From NCBI GenBank assembly GCA_905331295.1, contig CAJNYD010000052.1, positions 62,001 to 125,679 of the forward strand: DNA of 63,679 nucleotides. Direction: 5' to 3'. Under the pieces are notes generated by a model, which did not search any database, was not told the DNA's origin, and saw only the letters and a program-made list of their open reading frames with translations. A program made the translations under genes and the position numbers. Positions 27,473-39,897 of the stretch are shown here, piece after piece. How positions within the stretch are numbered: the first letter of the stretch is position 1; each line of letters opens with the position of its first letter. Origin of the DNA: Rotaria socialis. Its lineage: Eukaryota.

Positions 27473-28523
27473 ATTTATGGCGTTGCTTTCGAAAGGGCGA
27501 CATTTATATATTCATTTTGTTCTATTTGACCGACATCGTCAACAAGAACAATAATAACGAATTGTTCAATGATTTGATCAGTTTATAATTGGAAGAATGC
27601 TGTTATTTCTCTTTCTCCTCTTTGTTTAATATGCCATATGATGAAGAGAATGGTGTTGAATTGGGCAAACATGTGGCAATGCCGTCATAAGGGTTATTTT
27701 AAAATTTCCGATCAGGGATTGAAAGATATTTTATTGGATACAGATAAATAAGAGACGTATTATTACACCAACAAGAAACAATATGTGTAAAGTAGTCAAG
27801 AACTAGTGGTAGATTCGCAACAGATGAGGTGGATGTGGCCACCTCTTTCCCTTTTCGAACTGATTTTAGCGATTTCTCTGTGAAACTTCGTTTCTTGATC
27901 ATGTTCGTCACTCTCTGTCAACAACTCTCCCCCTCATGTTATAGACGATAAAAACTATTTAACTGAAAATGCTATAGTTGTGTCAGCTTCAATTAGTATT
28001 TCATATTATGATTAGTGAAATTGCCAAGAATAGTACTGGTAAGAAAAATCAGAGATGTAATGATTTATTTTGCTTGAATGTGAAACAATTTGATCACTTT
28101 TTATGTCTCAAATTGTACTTTTACGATAGATCATATGTTTATGGTTGAAGTCCCCTACAACATTTTTTCTTCAATACATGTGAAACATATATCACTAGAG
28201 AGATAACTTCCTCAATTACGAACGGTATATGATAGTTTAGAATTAACTCAAATCTTGGTTTTTGAACTTGATTAAACTGTGTCAAATAAAATGTCCTGAA
28301 GTTTTAACAAGAGAAATAGGATACCTATGTGAATATAGCAGTAAAGAGCAAATATAAAATCGCATCAGCAACAAACAGACAGGTATTACTGAAAAGCAAT
28401 TTAAATTCTAGAATCCTTCGATTTATATTCCTTTATTTTCGTTTATTTGAAAAAAATAAAAGAAATGAATGAGTGTAACAAGTTTCGAAGTTCTTCGGAA
28501 TGCGTGTATAGATCGCAAATGAA

Positions 28524-28742
28524 TTAGTCGCAGTCACAACCCGTAGGTCTGTTACATGAAGTAAGATATGCATATCGGCGAAGACATCTGTCCCATTTAT
28601 TGCATTCTGTTGAACATCGTAGACTAATGTCTCGTTTATTCACCAACATATCGTTGTCACCATCGTCTGTTGGAGCAGCCTGAACTACAGCAATCAAAAT
28701 CAGAGCAACCAAAAAAATAGTAGCGAATATATGTAGACGCAT
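28524..28742 (-). CDS. Secreted cysteine-rich peptide precursor (signal peptide, acidic propeptide, KR site, 6-Cys mature peptide)
   Basis: MRLHIFATIFLVALILIAVVQA|APTDDGDNDMLVNKR|DISLRCSTECNKWDRCLRRYAYLTSCNRPTGCDCD. Confidence 0.82.
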   Translation of the reverse strand: MRLHIFATIFLVALILIAVVQAAPTDDGDNDMLVNKRDISLRCSTECNKWDRCLRRYAYLTSCNRPTGCDCD

Positions 28743-30601
28743 AGTATTGAGTTTGCAATTATTCCGAAATAACTGTTAGAACGTTTATGTTTGGATTGAA
28801 GAGAATACCTACGAGTGGATCATAAATATAAAGCTGTTGTTTTTAATATTCTACGGCTTTCTCTGTATTGATTATATTTATTTGATGCTCGTTTTTTTTC
28901 CGCTTACATAATTTTTTTTATGCACCAAATATTTATTCATCCATTATTAGCAAAATCATATTATTAAATAAATTATTTTCTCTCGAATTGATTGAAGGCG
29001 CGTCAAAACAGGCTCGAACTACGCATGCTTTTCTTCCCGTCCTGTTCTCCTATTTGAAAACAGAGACATATAGGAATAATTATTTCGACTCCTTCAACAG
29101 AAGCAAACCTAGCAGAATAACACTGTCAATACATACAGATATCCTCTTAAAGATTCAATAGCCATTTCAAAAATATTTTATATTAAGCGGACGATAAAAA
29201 ACGCAGTTATGACCAATTTTTATGTTTGCAAATTATCTAAATATTGTTTTTATAATTTGCCATGCAAATTAGTTATTTATTAAATGCCGTGCTTATCAAA
29301 GGTTTATTTAGATATAGAAATTACGAAAAGGTTTTCTCCGATTAAAAAATGCTATTTGCCATTTTTAAACACTTTTTCTCAAAAAATTGAATATAATAAC
29401 CTACAGAATATTATCATTTTCACAAATTAAACGGATGGCTTTACCAGAAGAATAATAGATGTGTAACGAACGCCAGTCGTCAGTGTATCATTATGGTTGG
29501 ATAGCAATGATTTCAATATGAGATATCTATAGGACAAACTCTTCTCTGTCTTGATGAATTTCGACTTAGAAACTCTTAGATTTCTGTTAATTATGCCAGA
29601 CACAAATCAACACTGATAGTTCAATTGAGAATAATTTTTCTAGATGATAATTTTTCTGTTGAATCTTCGATAGCTAAGAAATGTGTTAATGAGCAAACGT
29701 ATTGAAGGAACTTCATGCGAACTTTGCCATGTTCAGCACAAACTGGGATCTTAACCGGTCACGGCAACATTCTTATTCAAGAAATTCGATACCCAATACT
29801 TCATTTATCAATTAAAAACTAATTTTTCGGAAGGTCCAGTCGAATACTATGAAACAAAACCCCATCGAAAGGCGCCTCTGAGAGATTCATGCACTATCTT
29901 AGTTACATTTTAACTGAGTCAAGTTGAACTTTCTGACATTCGTATCGTAACTTTAGAAGACACTATAGCAGATTGTAGTGAAAATTCGGTAAAACTAGTC
30001 ATTTGCATACAGTGTAGTCTAGTTTCATGAATTCTATATCGGAAGAACGAACAAAGAAAACATTGAAAGCATTCGATCTTTTAATAAAGCAAATTCAAAT
30101 AACATTAATTAAAAGTATGCCATGGAAATAATAGAACTATCCATTTTAATCAATCAGTTTGAAAACTATCGTTGTATTTTGTAATATACTTTCATGAATT
30201 TCATTTAGCATTATGAAATATAGAGATTATGATGGTTAGTGCTTGTAGATTTACACATGTTTGAATGGAAACAACTATTTTCAAAATAAATATTAGTAAA
30301 TATATTGCATTAAATTTTTGATTTCAAGTAATTAACTCTGCTTTTCTATAGCCTATTCTAACTAAGAATATTAATTTTCTGTTAGAATTTACAGATGTTG
30401 ACTGCAAATAGGAAAACTACATCTTTAGCCTGTTATAGCTCTTGATAAATAACTTGTAATGGAAATCAAATGTAGCAATCATGATAAACATGCTATAGGA
30501 TGATTTCTAAGTCAGGTGAAAACTAGTCTCAAAGAACTATGCAGAAAAGGATTTGATTAGAAATTCTTAAATTCTCAAATAATAAGAGAAATCTATAAGT
30601 T

Positions 30602-31696
30602 CTAGTGAAAATCAGGAATTACATCAATTGTAAAATTAGCAGTATAATTCATATATTTCACATTGCCATCCCAATCAAATGACAGAGGCGACCAGTAGGT
30701 AAAATCATGTCCTTTGTCACCATCTGGAGAACTTTGCCATTTGTTACCTTGCCATAAGTATCCATAACCATCGGTTGTAGTAGTTTTAAATTGTAATACA
30801 TTGTACAGTTGTGCATGACCTTCGTTTCCTAGGTTATTCCTTGTTTCAAACGGGCCAAGAGGAGACAAGGAAGTATACACAGTCGTTGAAGCACCTTCTG
30901 CGCAGTAACAGCAACACTGACCAAATACTGCACTGTAAGTTCCATTATGTTTAAACATGGCGCCACCTTCGACAAAGGTCTGACCGAAGAATCCACTATT
31001 AAATTTCATGCCTAGTGAACTTAGATAATCATTGGATAGTTTCTCCACAGACATCAAGTGATCCGGTTTGTAAATACTACCATCAATATGTGAGTTATAG
31101 ATAATATAAGCATCTCCATTATCGTCTTGAAAGAGATTCAAATCGCCTGTATTTTCCCATGCAAGAGTAGTAACCTTTTCAGTAACGAGTTGAAAAGGAC
31201 CTTCTGGTCCGTCTGATATTGCGACAGCACACTGAGATTGAGAAACCCCAGTACCTGTAGCTGGTAGGAAATTAAACCACATGACCCACTTCTTTGTTTT
31301 TGGGTTCGGTAAAACACGAGGACCAAACATGATTCCTTGAGTCTTCATTGAAGACATTTGAAAAACGTATCCACGAAATTTCCACTCGGAAAGATCAGTC
31401 GAAGTATAAAGACTAACATTATGATTCAATTGAAAACCACAGCCACCCGTATGCCATACGGTACAACCTGATGGGCCTGGAGGTTCTTTGCATAAGCCGT
31501 AACTTGCACCATAATAATAGTAGAGACCTTCATGTAGAAAGACATTACCATCATGAGCATCCATTATATTTCCATCTGTATCTCGACGAGGAATGACATT
31601 ACTGATGGTAACCTGGCGGCATGTGATACTGTTAACTATTGCAGCCACAAGTATAATGATGACAACGAGCTTTGAGACCATTATTATGCTGCTCAA
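30602..31696 (-). CDS. Secreted glycoside hydrolase family 43 (five-bladed propeller, exo-beta-1,3-galactanase-like group), intronless
   Basis: Signal peptide; motifs DTDGNIMDAHDG..YYYYG, YTSTDLSEW, GDLNLFQDDNGDAYIIY and EGGAMFKHNGTY. Confidence 0.88.
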   Translation of the reverse strand: MSSIIMVSKLVVIIILVAAIVNSITCRQVTISNVIPRRDTDGNIMDAHDGNVFLHEGLYYYYGASYGLCKEPPGPSGCTVWHTGGCGFQLNHNVSLYTSTDLSEWKFRGYVFQMSSMKTQGIMFGPRVLPNPKTKKWVMWFNFLPATGTGVSQSQCAVAISDGPEGPFQLVTEKVTTLAWENTGDLNLFQDDNGDAYIIYNSHIDGSIYKPDHLMSVEKLSNDYLSSLGMKFNSGFFGQTFVEGGAMFKHNGTYSAVFGQCCCYCAEGASTTVYTSLSPLGPFETRNNLGNEGHAQLYNVLQFKTTTTDGYGYLWQGNKWQSSPDGDKGHDFTYWSPLSFDWDGNVKYMNYTANFTIDVIPDFH

Positions 31697-32913
31697 CTTG
31701 ATAAATATAAAAAATAAAATAATTATTCCTTATGATGAGATCAATGAATTCTTTCTGCATTGTTATTTAGTGGGATATACAATATGATCAAAGCATTGAT
31801 AAAATTGTGGCCTATTTTTTATCTCATGAACCAAAAGACTTCTAATTTAGAGCGAATCATTTGAGATGAGTTTTTTCTTACTTGTTCTCGTTTGCTAATT
31901 CAATAATAGGTCGTGTTCAATATGAGAATAATGTGTTTCAAGCTTTGATATACTCGGCAATGATGATAAATATGAAGATAATTTTCTTCTACCTCTTATT
32001 GCATTTTTGACTTTTCTCTTCAAGTTATCATTCGTCTGTTATCACGATAAACAAAAGTGAAAGTCAATTTATTACCTAACTGAATACCCAAAGAAAGAAA
32101 ACTGATAAGAATATAAAATAAGTCTCTATGCTTGTAATCGAAATTATAAGACTTTCTATCAAGACAATTTCTTTAAAGGAAAAGAACTAATTAATTTTAT
32201 TGTCTCATATATTCTGATCATTTACACATATTTCTATTGACGATTTCGAATATTTTGCTGATCGCTTACATGGTAATCCTGATTTTCTCTATGCTCAATA
32301 AATATTCTCACTAGCCAGGTCACCATCAAAGAAAAACAGTAACTCGCTGATATATTAAAGAAGAGCAGGTTGATTCTCACTCTTCCTAATATCTTTGATA
32401 TTTATCGTTGCTTATTTTGATAGAAAATGACTGATGTTAACAAGCAATGCCGTAATTCTCTATTCAAAGACTGTTTCCGATTAGTGGCTAGGATTTCAAA
32501 TAGTTCTTTTGATCGGTATGGATGTGAGTTCAGATTTTATTATTCCTACATCATTCGCCGAGCCATATAAATCCTAAAATAAGGACAAATTTTCAAAGTA
32601 TCATGCGTAATTGTGCTTTATTTTATTGTATAGATGAAAACTATTTATTTAACAATTCAACTATTAAATAAAGTTATTGCTCGTATGATTCATTCATTTT
32701 CTATTGGCATCATCAGCATATTGTGGAGAGATAGGTAGAGGTCCTTGTTCAAGCGGAGCATGCATAAGAACCGGAGGAAAATCGCTGATATGATATATAA
32801 CTTGTAACTGACTACTATTATCACTATTGTATTTTTTCCATTTTATACGGCTGATCAACACATGAATAAGAGCTATTACCGCATATTTGGTTGTCATATA
32901 ATAGATGATTCTT

Positions 32914-33017
32914 ATGTGGGTGAAGAACTGGGTTGAGTGTTAGCGTAAGGCGTCGCTATACGTGCAGAGGATGAAATGAGTTCATCCTTCATCGATACCT
33001 CACATCCACACCTACAT
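32914..33017. repeat. Degenerate head-to-head telomere-like repeats, site D
   Basis: tgtgggtgaagaactgggttgagtg ... cctcacatccacacctacat. Confidence 0.45.
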
Positions 33018-33399
33018 CTTTGAAATAGGTTTTATTATAACTCATCATCCGTTTACTTCTTCAAAAACAAAAACACATACACATTTGTACACAACATGCA
33101 TACGGTTTGCTTGAAGCATTCTCTCTCTTGAATTCTATGACATACCGATGGTTTCTTGTGAACAAATGCACGCGAGGAGTAGACAGGAGAAAAGAAAAAA
33201 AGAAAAATCAAATACATTACAAAACACACGAGTAGATCAAACAGAGCACTATACACGGTTCCATAAGTAAGAAAAGCATAAGCAAATATCTACAGATGTA
33301 TTATGACTAATGACCACGACAAGTTTATTTAAAAAATGAATGAAATTTGATATAACCCGTTCATACAGAAATGCAATGGTGATACAAGAATAAGTCGAG

Positions 33400-33996
33400 C
33401 TACGTGTCATGTCTTGCATGAAAAATACCGAAAAAACATCGAACACAACATTGTATAGCCCAAAGCACAATGATAATAATCAAATAGATAAAAGTAAACA
33501 TATACAATGTCTCATCACAATATTTTCTCCAACGACGTGGATTCGTATATTCAACATCATTATAAATACTGAATGTCCATACACTGCCGATGATTACCCA
33601 AATGAACAGGAAAATCTGTATGAGCATCGTAATCATGGCCAGGACAGTAGCCGGAACTAGAATCTTGAACGATCGAGTATAGTAGAGAAACATAGTGATT
33701 AGTGATAAAACGATACTAAGCACAAAATATCCAAGTGTTACACCACCACCAACAGTAAGAAATAGACTAATACGAGGCTCGATTGGACAAAAGTGTCGAT
33801 GTTGATAACGAACGCCAATGACAAGCATGCTCACAGGTATACCGAGAAGAAGAAATAGAATAATGAGACCGATGACCGATGTTACGGCATTAGTAGCCAA
33901 CAGAGCATTCAACCATCGATTCGGCGGTTTTTCCGGGTTGATATTTTCTCGTTCAGGTTTTGTTGACACCCGATCGGGATACATTTCTTCATTCAT
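33400..33996 (-). CDS. TMEM272-like four-transmembrane protein
   Basis: Motifs IPVSMLVIG...CPIEPRISLFLTVGG, WVIIGSVWTF and YCDETLYMFTF; four hydrophobic segments. Confidence 0.8.
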   Translation of the reverse strand: MNEEMYPDRVSTKPERENINPEKPPNRWLNALLATNAVTSVIGLIILFLLLGIPVSMLVIGVRYQHRHFCPIEPRISLFLTVGGGVTLGYFVLSIVLSLITMFLYYTRSFKILVPATVLAMITMLIQIFLFIWVIIGSVWTFSIYNDVEYTNPRRWRKYCDETLYMFTFIYLIIIIVLWAIQCCVRCFFGIFHARHDT

Positions 33997-34096
33997 TTCA
34001 ATACTCTATCATAGAGCTGACCGTAAATGTTATGAATGTAATTTTTGCAAGGTAAGAAATAGAGAAGGAGAAAAAAATCAAGCATAAGTGAGGGTA

Positions 34097-34377
34097 CCCA
34101 TGTCATACAAACCGATTGAAAACCATCGGTTAACCGCGGTTCATTTTTATAAAAATCGGTTAACCGCAGTTATGCAAGCCATTTTAGAGACTATACAGTG
34201 TAAAAACCGACGGTTAACCGGATAAACAGCCGGTTCGCCCTCAATTAACCGGTTATTTATCCGGTTAACCAGGCGCTTAACCACGGTTAACCGTCGGTTT
34301 TTACACTGTAAAGTCACTAAAATGGCTTGCATAACCGCGGTTAACCGATGGTTTTCGATCGGTTTGAGCGACATGGG
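34097..34377. mobile_element. Palindromic MITE (CCCATG termini, TA/TA flanks) with a nested inner palindrome
   Basis: Same TIRs as 9559-9668; inner tacagtgtaaaaaccgacggttaacc ... ggttaaccgtcggtttttacactgta. Confidence 0.88.
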
Positions 34378-35642
34378 TAATGCATGCAATGGTAAATGAC
34401 ATATGTATAGCGAACTCAATAATGCAAAAGAAATATATGTTGTATAGTATTTAAGTAGTGCAAGAACGAAAAGGTTTGAGATTGTTTCCTCCATCATCTA
34501 TTGAAAATCGGAACCAGCACCTTATTTTTTCTTTTCATTCTTCAAGTGAAAGTTGAAGGAGTAATAATGCATCAATCGGTTGTTTATTCGAAAATATATA
34601 CACTAGACGTTTCATATTCTATGCTAAAGAAAGAATTGTAATTTTGTGTAGATGTTAGTCAATCTTCGAACTTTTTCAGTATGTTCTCCGATATATTCGA
34701 GAAGGACAGTTACCTACATCAAAAAGGTAGTCTGTGGATATATAATTGTGTTCGTATTTGCCGAGTCAAGTTTGCGAAATCTTGTGAGGCAAAAACATTC
34801 ATATATCTAATCCGAAAATGTGTTAATGAAGGTTACTTTTAGACAGGGGCTGTATTCTCAGGTGCTTGTGGTGTTCACAAAAGGAAAAAGCTACACTGAA
34901 AAAAAAAAGGTGTCACACGAAACCCTTGAGGTTTCGTCGAGTTTTACGATACCATATAAGTATCCGTAGAATCATACGAAACCAGTATGAGGTTTCGCGA
35001 AATCCAAGGTTCTGTAAAAGACTTCAAAGAGTTTTAAAATGTAAAAAGGTCTGGTCTGGAACCCTTCGAATTGTGTCTTACCCCAGAGGTTTGGTCAAAA
35101 ACCCTTTCGAGTTTCGTATTCAGAAAGGTTTCGTAATAAACCTTGTGTACAATTCGTTCATCAGTACATTACCATTCAAAATAAGAACTTCTATTTTCTA
35201 CTGTTCAGAATTTTCGAAGAACCCCATTCACACACAACGAGAACATCAGTTTCCGAGCTTTTCCCAATTTGTAAGAGGATCCCACAGTATAAAAGCTTTT
35301 GACCGCTACACAAGGAGACCATCATGTCAGTTCAATATATTTCTGAAGAACGTTTTCGCCCACCACATTGCACCGATCAAAAGTTCAATTGCTGCCACAA
35401 TAAGATTTTTTATTACAACTCCGGGCAAAATTGTCAAATAACTTTGTAATAGTTTATCGAGGTCCACCAACCCGGATATGTAGTCAGTTTTTCGCGTCGA
35501 GTCCCCATTGGTCAGAAAATCGACCCCTGTCTAAGTCAAAAACTGTAAAGGTAGATTTTTTATTTCAACTCCGAGATAAATTCTGAGGCAACTTTGCAAT
35601 AGGTTATTGAGGTCCAGCAACCCGAATATGATTTTTATTGAG

Positions 35643-36050
35643 ATCAAGCGTCATTTGATCAAATAATAATGGTAAGTTCTACTTTAAAACTTAAGACATG
35701 GTGAAATATTTGTTTCGATTTAGCGCAAGGGTCACTTGAACAAATGATAAGGGTGAGTTCGGATTTGAAAGTTACAAGCTGATGAATTTTTTTTTCTGTT
35801 TAGATCCAGGCTCAGCTCTACAAATACTAATGGTAAGTTCCATTTTTATAAGTTACAACCTGATGAAATATTTTATTTATATTTAGATCCACCCTCAGAT
35901 GAAAAAGTACTAATGATGAGTTCGATTTTGAAAGTTACCACCTGATGAATCATTTTATTTCTTCTTAGATCGATTCTCAGATGAACCAATATTTAATGGT
36001 GAGTTCCATTTAGAAAGTTAAAAGCTGATGAATTAATGTTTTTTTTTTAG
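35643..36050 (+). repeat. Five ~81 bp tandem units, each a 29-30 nt exon-like block plus a 51-54 nt intron-like block
   Basis: Units read ...AA(T/G)G|GTRAGTTC...(C)TGATGAA...TTAG|; blocks start at 35643, 35724, 35804, 35887 and 35969. Confidence 0.75.
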
Positions 36051-36097
36051 ATGAAACATCCCACACCAATCGCTTCACCCACCGGAACCTGGAGGAA

Positions 36098-36357
36098 CTG
36101 GCAGGAAAGATGCCTGAAAGTCCCCGTAATCTGTAGGGGAACACGTGGTGTCGGTGGAACATGGAAACAGTATCCCGGTCGCAAACCTTCCTGATTTTTC
36201 TAGTGAGTTCCGACCAACTTGCGATGCCTTTCGGCAAGTTGCGCCGGAAATCATTGAAAACAATTTGCGAAAGTTGGCGGTCGGAATACTGCTTCCATGT
36301 TCCAGCGATATCCTGTGTTCTCCTACAGAATACGGCGACTTTCAGACATCTTTCCTG
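36098..36357. repeat. Long imperfect inverted repeat (nested MITE-like)
   Basis: aggaaagatgcctgaaagtccccgtaatctgtagg...ggaacatggaaacagtat pairs with atactgcttccatgttcc...cctacagaatacggcgactttcagacatctttcct. Confidence 0.75.
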
Positions 36358-38900
36358 GTGGTTTCTACAGAACCCGGTTCTTTTTTAGAGAATGGGTGTG
36401 TTTTGCAGTGAATAGTGGTGGAAAACTACTTCCATAATGGAGCATAGCACCCGGCGGATCCTTCATTCAATATTGCGCGGTGAATTATACAGAACCCCAA
36501 ATACGAAACCCCTGTTATCAGCTATTAAAATTAAGGCTTTTTACGAAACCCAATTTCTACGAAACCTCAAAGGATTTCGATTTGGTTGCAAAGATCGGAT
36601 ACCTTTGGGGTTTCGTATGGTACCTTTTTTCTTCAGTGTCGAGAACTTTTATTATCAGATTTTACATTGCCCTTTACTCTAGATAATAAAATATGTTTGT
36701 CTTGCATTTATTGAAAAAAATGTTGAACATAGCGATCGGCTTTATTATGCTTGGTTGTGTACTTTCATTTGTCGTCTGCAGCTAAGTTAGATCATAACGA
36801 CACCAAGAAATATGCTTGATTATGGGAAACCGCAGACTTCTGCTTCCAGTTTGTCAAAGGAAAAAGGAAAATCGAAAAATAAATTTTTTATTACGAATCC
36901 TGCTTATTTTGTACGTTTTAAGTGAAGTTGATATTAGATTATCCTCCGATGATTGAGCTCATTTAAAAAAATAATTTTCTGAATGTAGGCTTAATCCTAT
37001 GAAACTAACTAACTAATTATCGTGTTAATCACGTCACTTTGTCGATTGTAAATGAGGCCTAGGATATTTGTAACACTGTTTAAAATCATTCTTTGAATTA
37101 CTAGTTGAATTTGAATATTATATGACGATTGTAGCATTATACTTTCTCTAAACTATTTTTTCTCTAAAACATATATCATTAAATATTGTCTGCTATTTAG
37201 TCAATTGAAATGAACACCCATACTATGGTCTATATCACTCTTCTCGTCGCTAATAATCAGCTACCACCGGAAACTCTTCGTATATGACTGTTCAGCTCAC
37301 AAACATGCGAATCTATGTTTCGAACCGCTCAGTCTATGTCAGGAACTTTCTCATCAGTTGTCAATTTTTCTGTGACTGAATCTTTACGACGTGTAGAGAA
37401 ATTGTCCGTTCTTTCAAACAATCAAGAGTGAAGCAGAATCTAATCCTGATTTTCCGTTTCATTTTCCTCGCCATCAGAAAAAATCAAAACTACAGAATTT
37501 CACATCTACTGCGCGAATTTCTAATTCTTTATCCACCGATGAAATTGAACGAATAGTTCAAAATGCGTTTGCTGATGCACGTGAACTTGTAGCATCGCTG
37601 AATATCAATATTTTAAACAAAATTGGTAATTCAATAACAATTGATGAAGTGAGTCTTATCGTCGAAAATCATTTAGAAAAAACAGCAAAAATCAGTGGTT
37701 CAAGTCAAACAGAATCTTCCGATTTTGACTCGGAATCTGATGATGAGGAAAACCACTACCAAGCTGCACATGATTCAATGTCATCAGACCTTGACAGTGA
37801 CCAAGGCATAGCTGACTCAGAGTGTTTCTCGAACGTTAGCAACTGCTTGTTTCGTGGTGTGCGTATTTATGACAACGTTAAACCTTCTCTTTTTCAATCA
37901 TATTTTAAAGTAATAGTCAATGGGCAAACAAAATTCTTACATAAGCAAACAGCATGCTGGCTGTTAATGCATGATAAGTCATCATTGTCATCGGATCGCT
38001 CGAGGCGTGTAATGAACAAATGATACTGTGAATTTTCTTTTGTTTTTCAAAAGAAAGAAAAATAAAGATTTAGCCAATTGTATTGTTTCATTCTTCTTAT
38101 TGTAGCTAGCACCATACGAGTACCCAATTCTGCAGATGAAAACTACCGTGATTTACCTAACCTGTCCAGAACTCTAGGGAAACACTCAAAAGAGAACAAT
38201 ATCTGTACTGAATATGATTCAAAACACCTTCCTAGAAAGCATACTAATACCAAAAATTCTAGGCTCATTGTAATAATAACTGATTTTACTGGTTTACCGG
38301 TAGCCTAACCGATGCCAGAAAGTCGAGAAAAACCAGTTTGGATGTTTAATAATTGTCAAACTGATCTTATTAAAATATTCAGACTTGAAAAGACCTTTAA
38401 CAAAAGACGTTGAAGCACCCAAAAAACGAAATAAATAAAATCTAAATAAAATCTAGAAAAAAAATTGTAAAAAAATCTGATTTTAGCTGTTTCCCCCTTG
38501 CTTCAACGTAATATAAATCACTTAAATGCATGCTGAAAATATTTAGAACACATTTTTTTAAAATGAATTCTCTCCTGTTTCTCTTTTATTTTGACAAATT
38601 GAATTTGTCTACTAATATCTTATTGCTTCTCTTTTTATTTTCTCTGTTAACCTCCAAAGTACCGAATACTCTACTTCTCATAACGGGTACACAACATGCG
38701 CATGCAACTCGTATGGTATATAAACGGCGACAAAATATGCATTAAAGTCAGAAGGAGAAAGAAACGTTTTTTTTATGAAGGTCGTTTTTCTTATATAAAA
38801 GTTATGTAGTACGTTTAATTGTATTTATCATTGTAGATAAGACATTTTGTGCCATTTTTCGTTTCTACGATAAAACTATCCTGCAAACAAATCCTAAACA

Positions 38901-39897
38901 ATGGTCAAACATATTTTAAGACAAGTATGAATCAAACACACCTCTTTTTTCTACCATCAAATGTCCTTTCTTATTTTTGAAAAGCTCTTCGAAAATCAAT
39001 CATCAACCTACACGTATCTATTAGCTGATTCAACGACAAAAGAAGCTTTAATTATCGACCCTGTAATTGATACTGTTGAACGTGATGCAAAACTTATTCA
39101 ACAACTTGGACTCAATTTACGATATGCAGGTACTTGAAAGTTCACTTCTGAAAAATGATTAAACCGTCTTTGTTTTAGTCAATACACATGTTCATGCCGA
39201 TCACATAACAGGAAGTGGAAAACTGAAAGCATTATTTCCAGGATGTCAAAGTGTTCTTTCGAATTTAAGTGGAGCTAATGCAGATATCTATCTAAAAGAT
39301 GGTGAATTCATCAAAATTGGTGAATCAGGTAAAACACCATTGGTGCTTGAATGCCGAACAACACCTGGTCACACAAATGGTGAGTAGGAATTCAAAAAGA
39401 ATTCAATCGAATGAGACAACAAAATGATTTCAGGTTGTATGAGTTTCGTTTGGCATGATTATGGAGCAGTGTTTACAGGTGATGCTCTTCTCATTCGTGG
39501 TTGCGGTCGAACTGATTTTCAACAAGGAAGTGCCGATATTCTTTTTACATCAGTACATTCGAAACTATTTTCACTACCCGATCATTATCTTGTATATCCA
39601 GCACATGATTATACGGGTATTTTATTGATTTGATGTTCTCATCGAAAATTGTTTAGACTCAATTTGTTTATGTATTTAGGACAAACATGTTCAAGTATTT
39701 TGGAAGAGAAAACTCTAAATCCACGCTTAACTAAATCACGTGAAGAATTCATTCAAATAATGGCAAATCTTAATCTTAGTTATCCAAAACAAATCGGTAA
39801 AAATTGTTTATTATTTCTAATTCATATCGATTTTGTTTTTCATCTAGATAAAGCTCTTCCTGCAAATTTACTTTGTGGACTACAAGGGGATCTATAA
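38901..39897 (+). CDS. ETHE1: Persulfide dioxygenase (metallo-beta-lactamase fold), multi-exon
   Basis: Motifs [66 protein letters not shown] and NPRLT. Confidence 0.95.

Larger units (their letters stand above)
34894..36638. mobile_element. Non-autonomous TIR element with CACTG termini (CACTA/CMC-like), containing nested repeats
   Basis: Left end cactgaaaaaaaaaaggtgtcacacgaaaccc versus reverse complement of right end cactgaagaaaaaaggtaccatacgaaaccc; subterminal gaaaccc repeats. Confidence 0.8.
34500..38023 (+). pseudogene. Degraded DNA transposase (P-element/THAP9-like catalytic C-terminus), interrupted by the 34894-36638 element
   Basis: Fragments LAFIEKNVEHSDRLYYAWLCTFICRL, FFITNPAYF, LFSSQTCESMFRTAQSMSG (SQxxE motif) and HKQTACWLL, with stops and frameshifts. 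The 5' boundary is approximate. Confidence 0.55.

Noticed and set aside
35643..36050. CRISPR-like repeat-spacer appearance
   Set aside because: Eukaryotic context, degenerate repeats, mutually related 'spacers' and no cas genes.
34866..36686. Several ORFs within the CACTG element
   Set aside because: They arise from repeats and palindromes and show no protein motifs.
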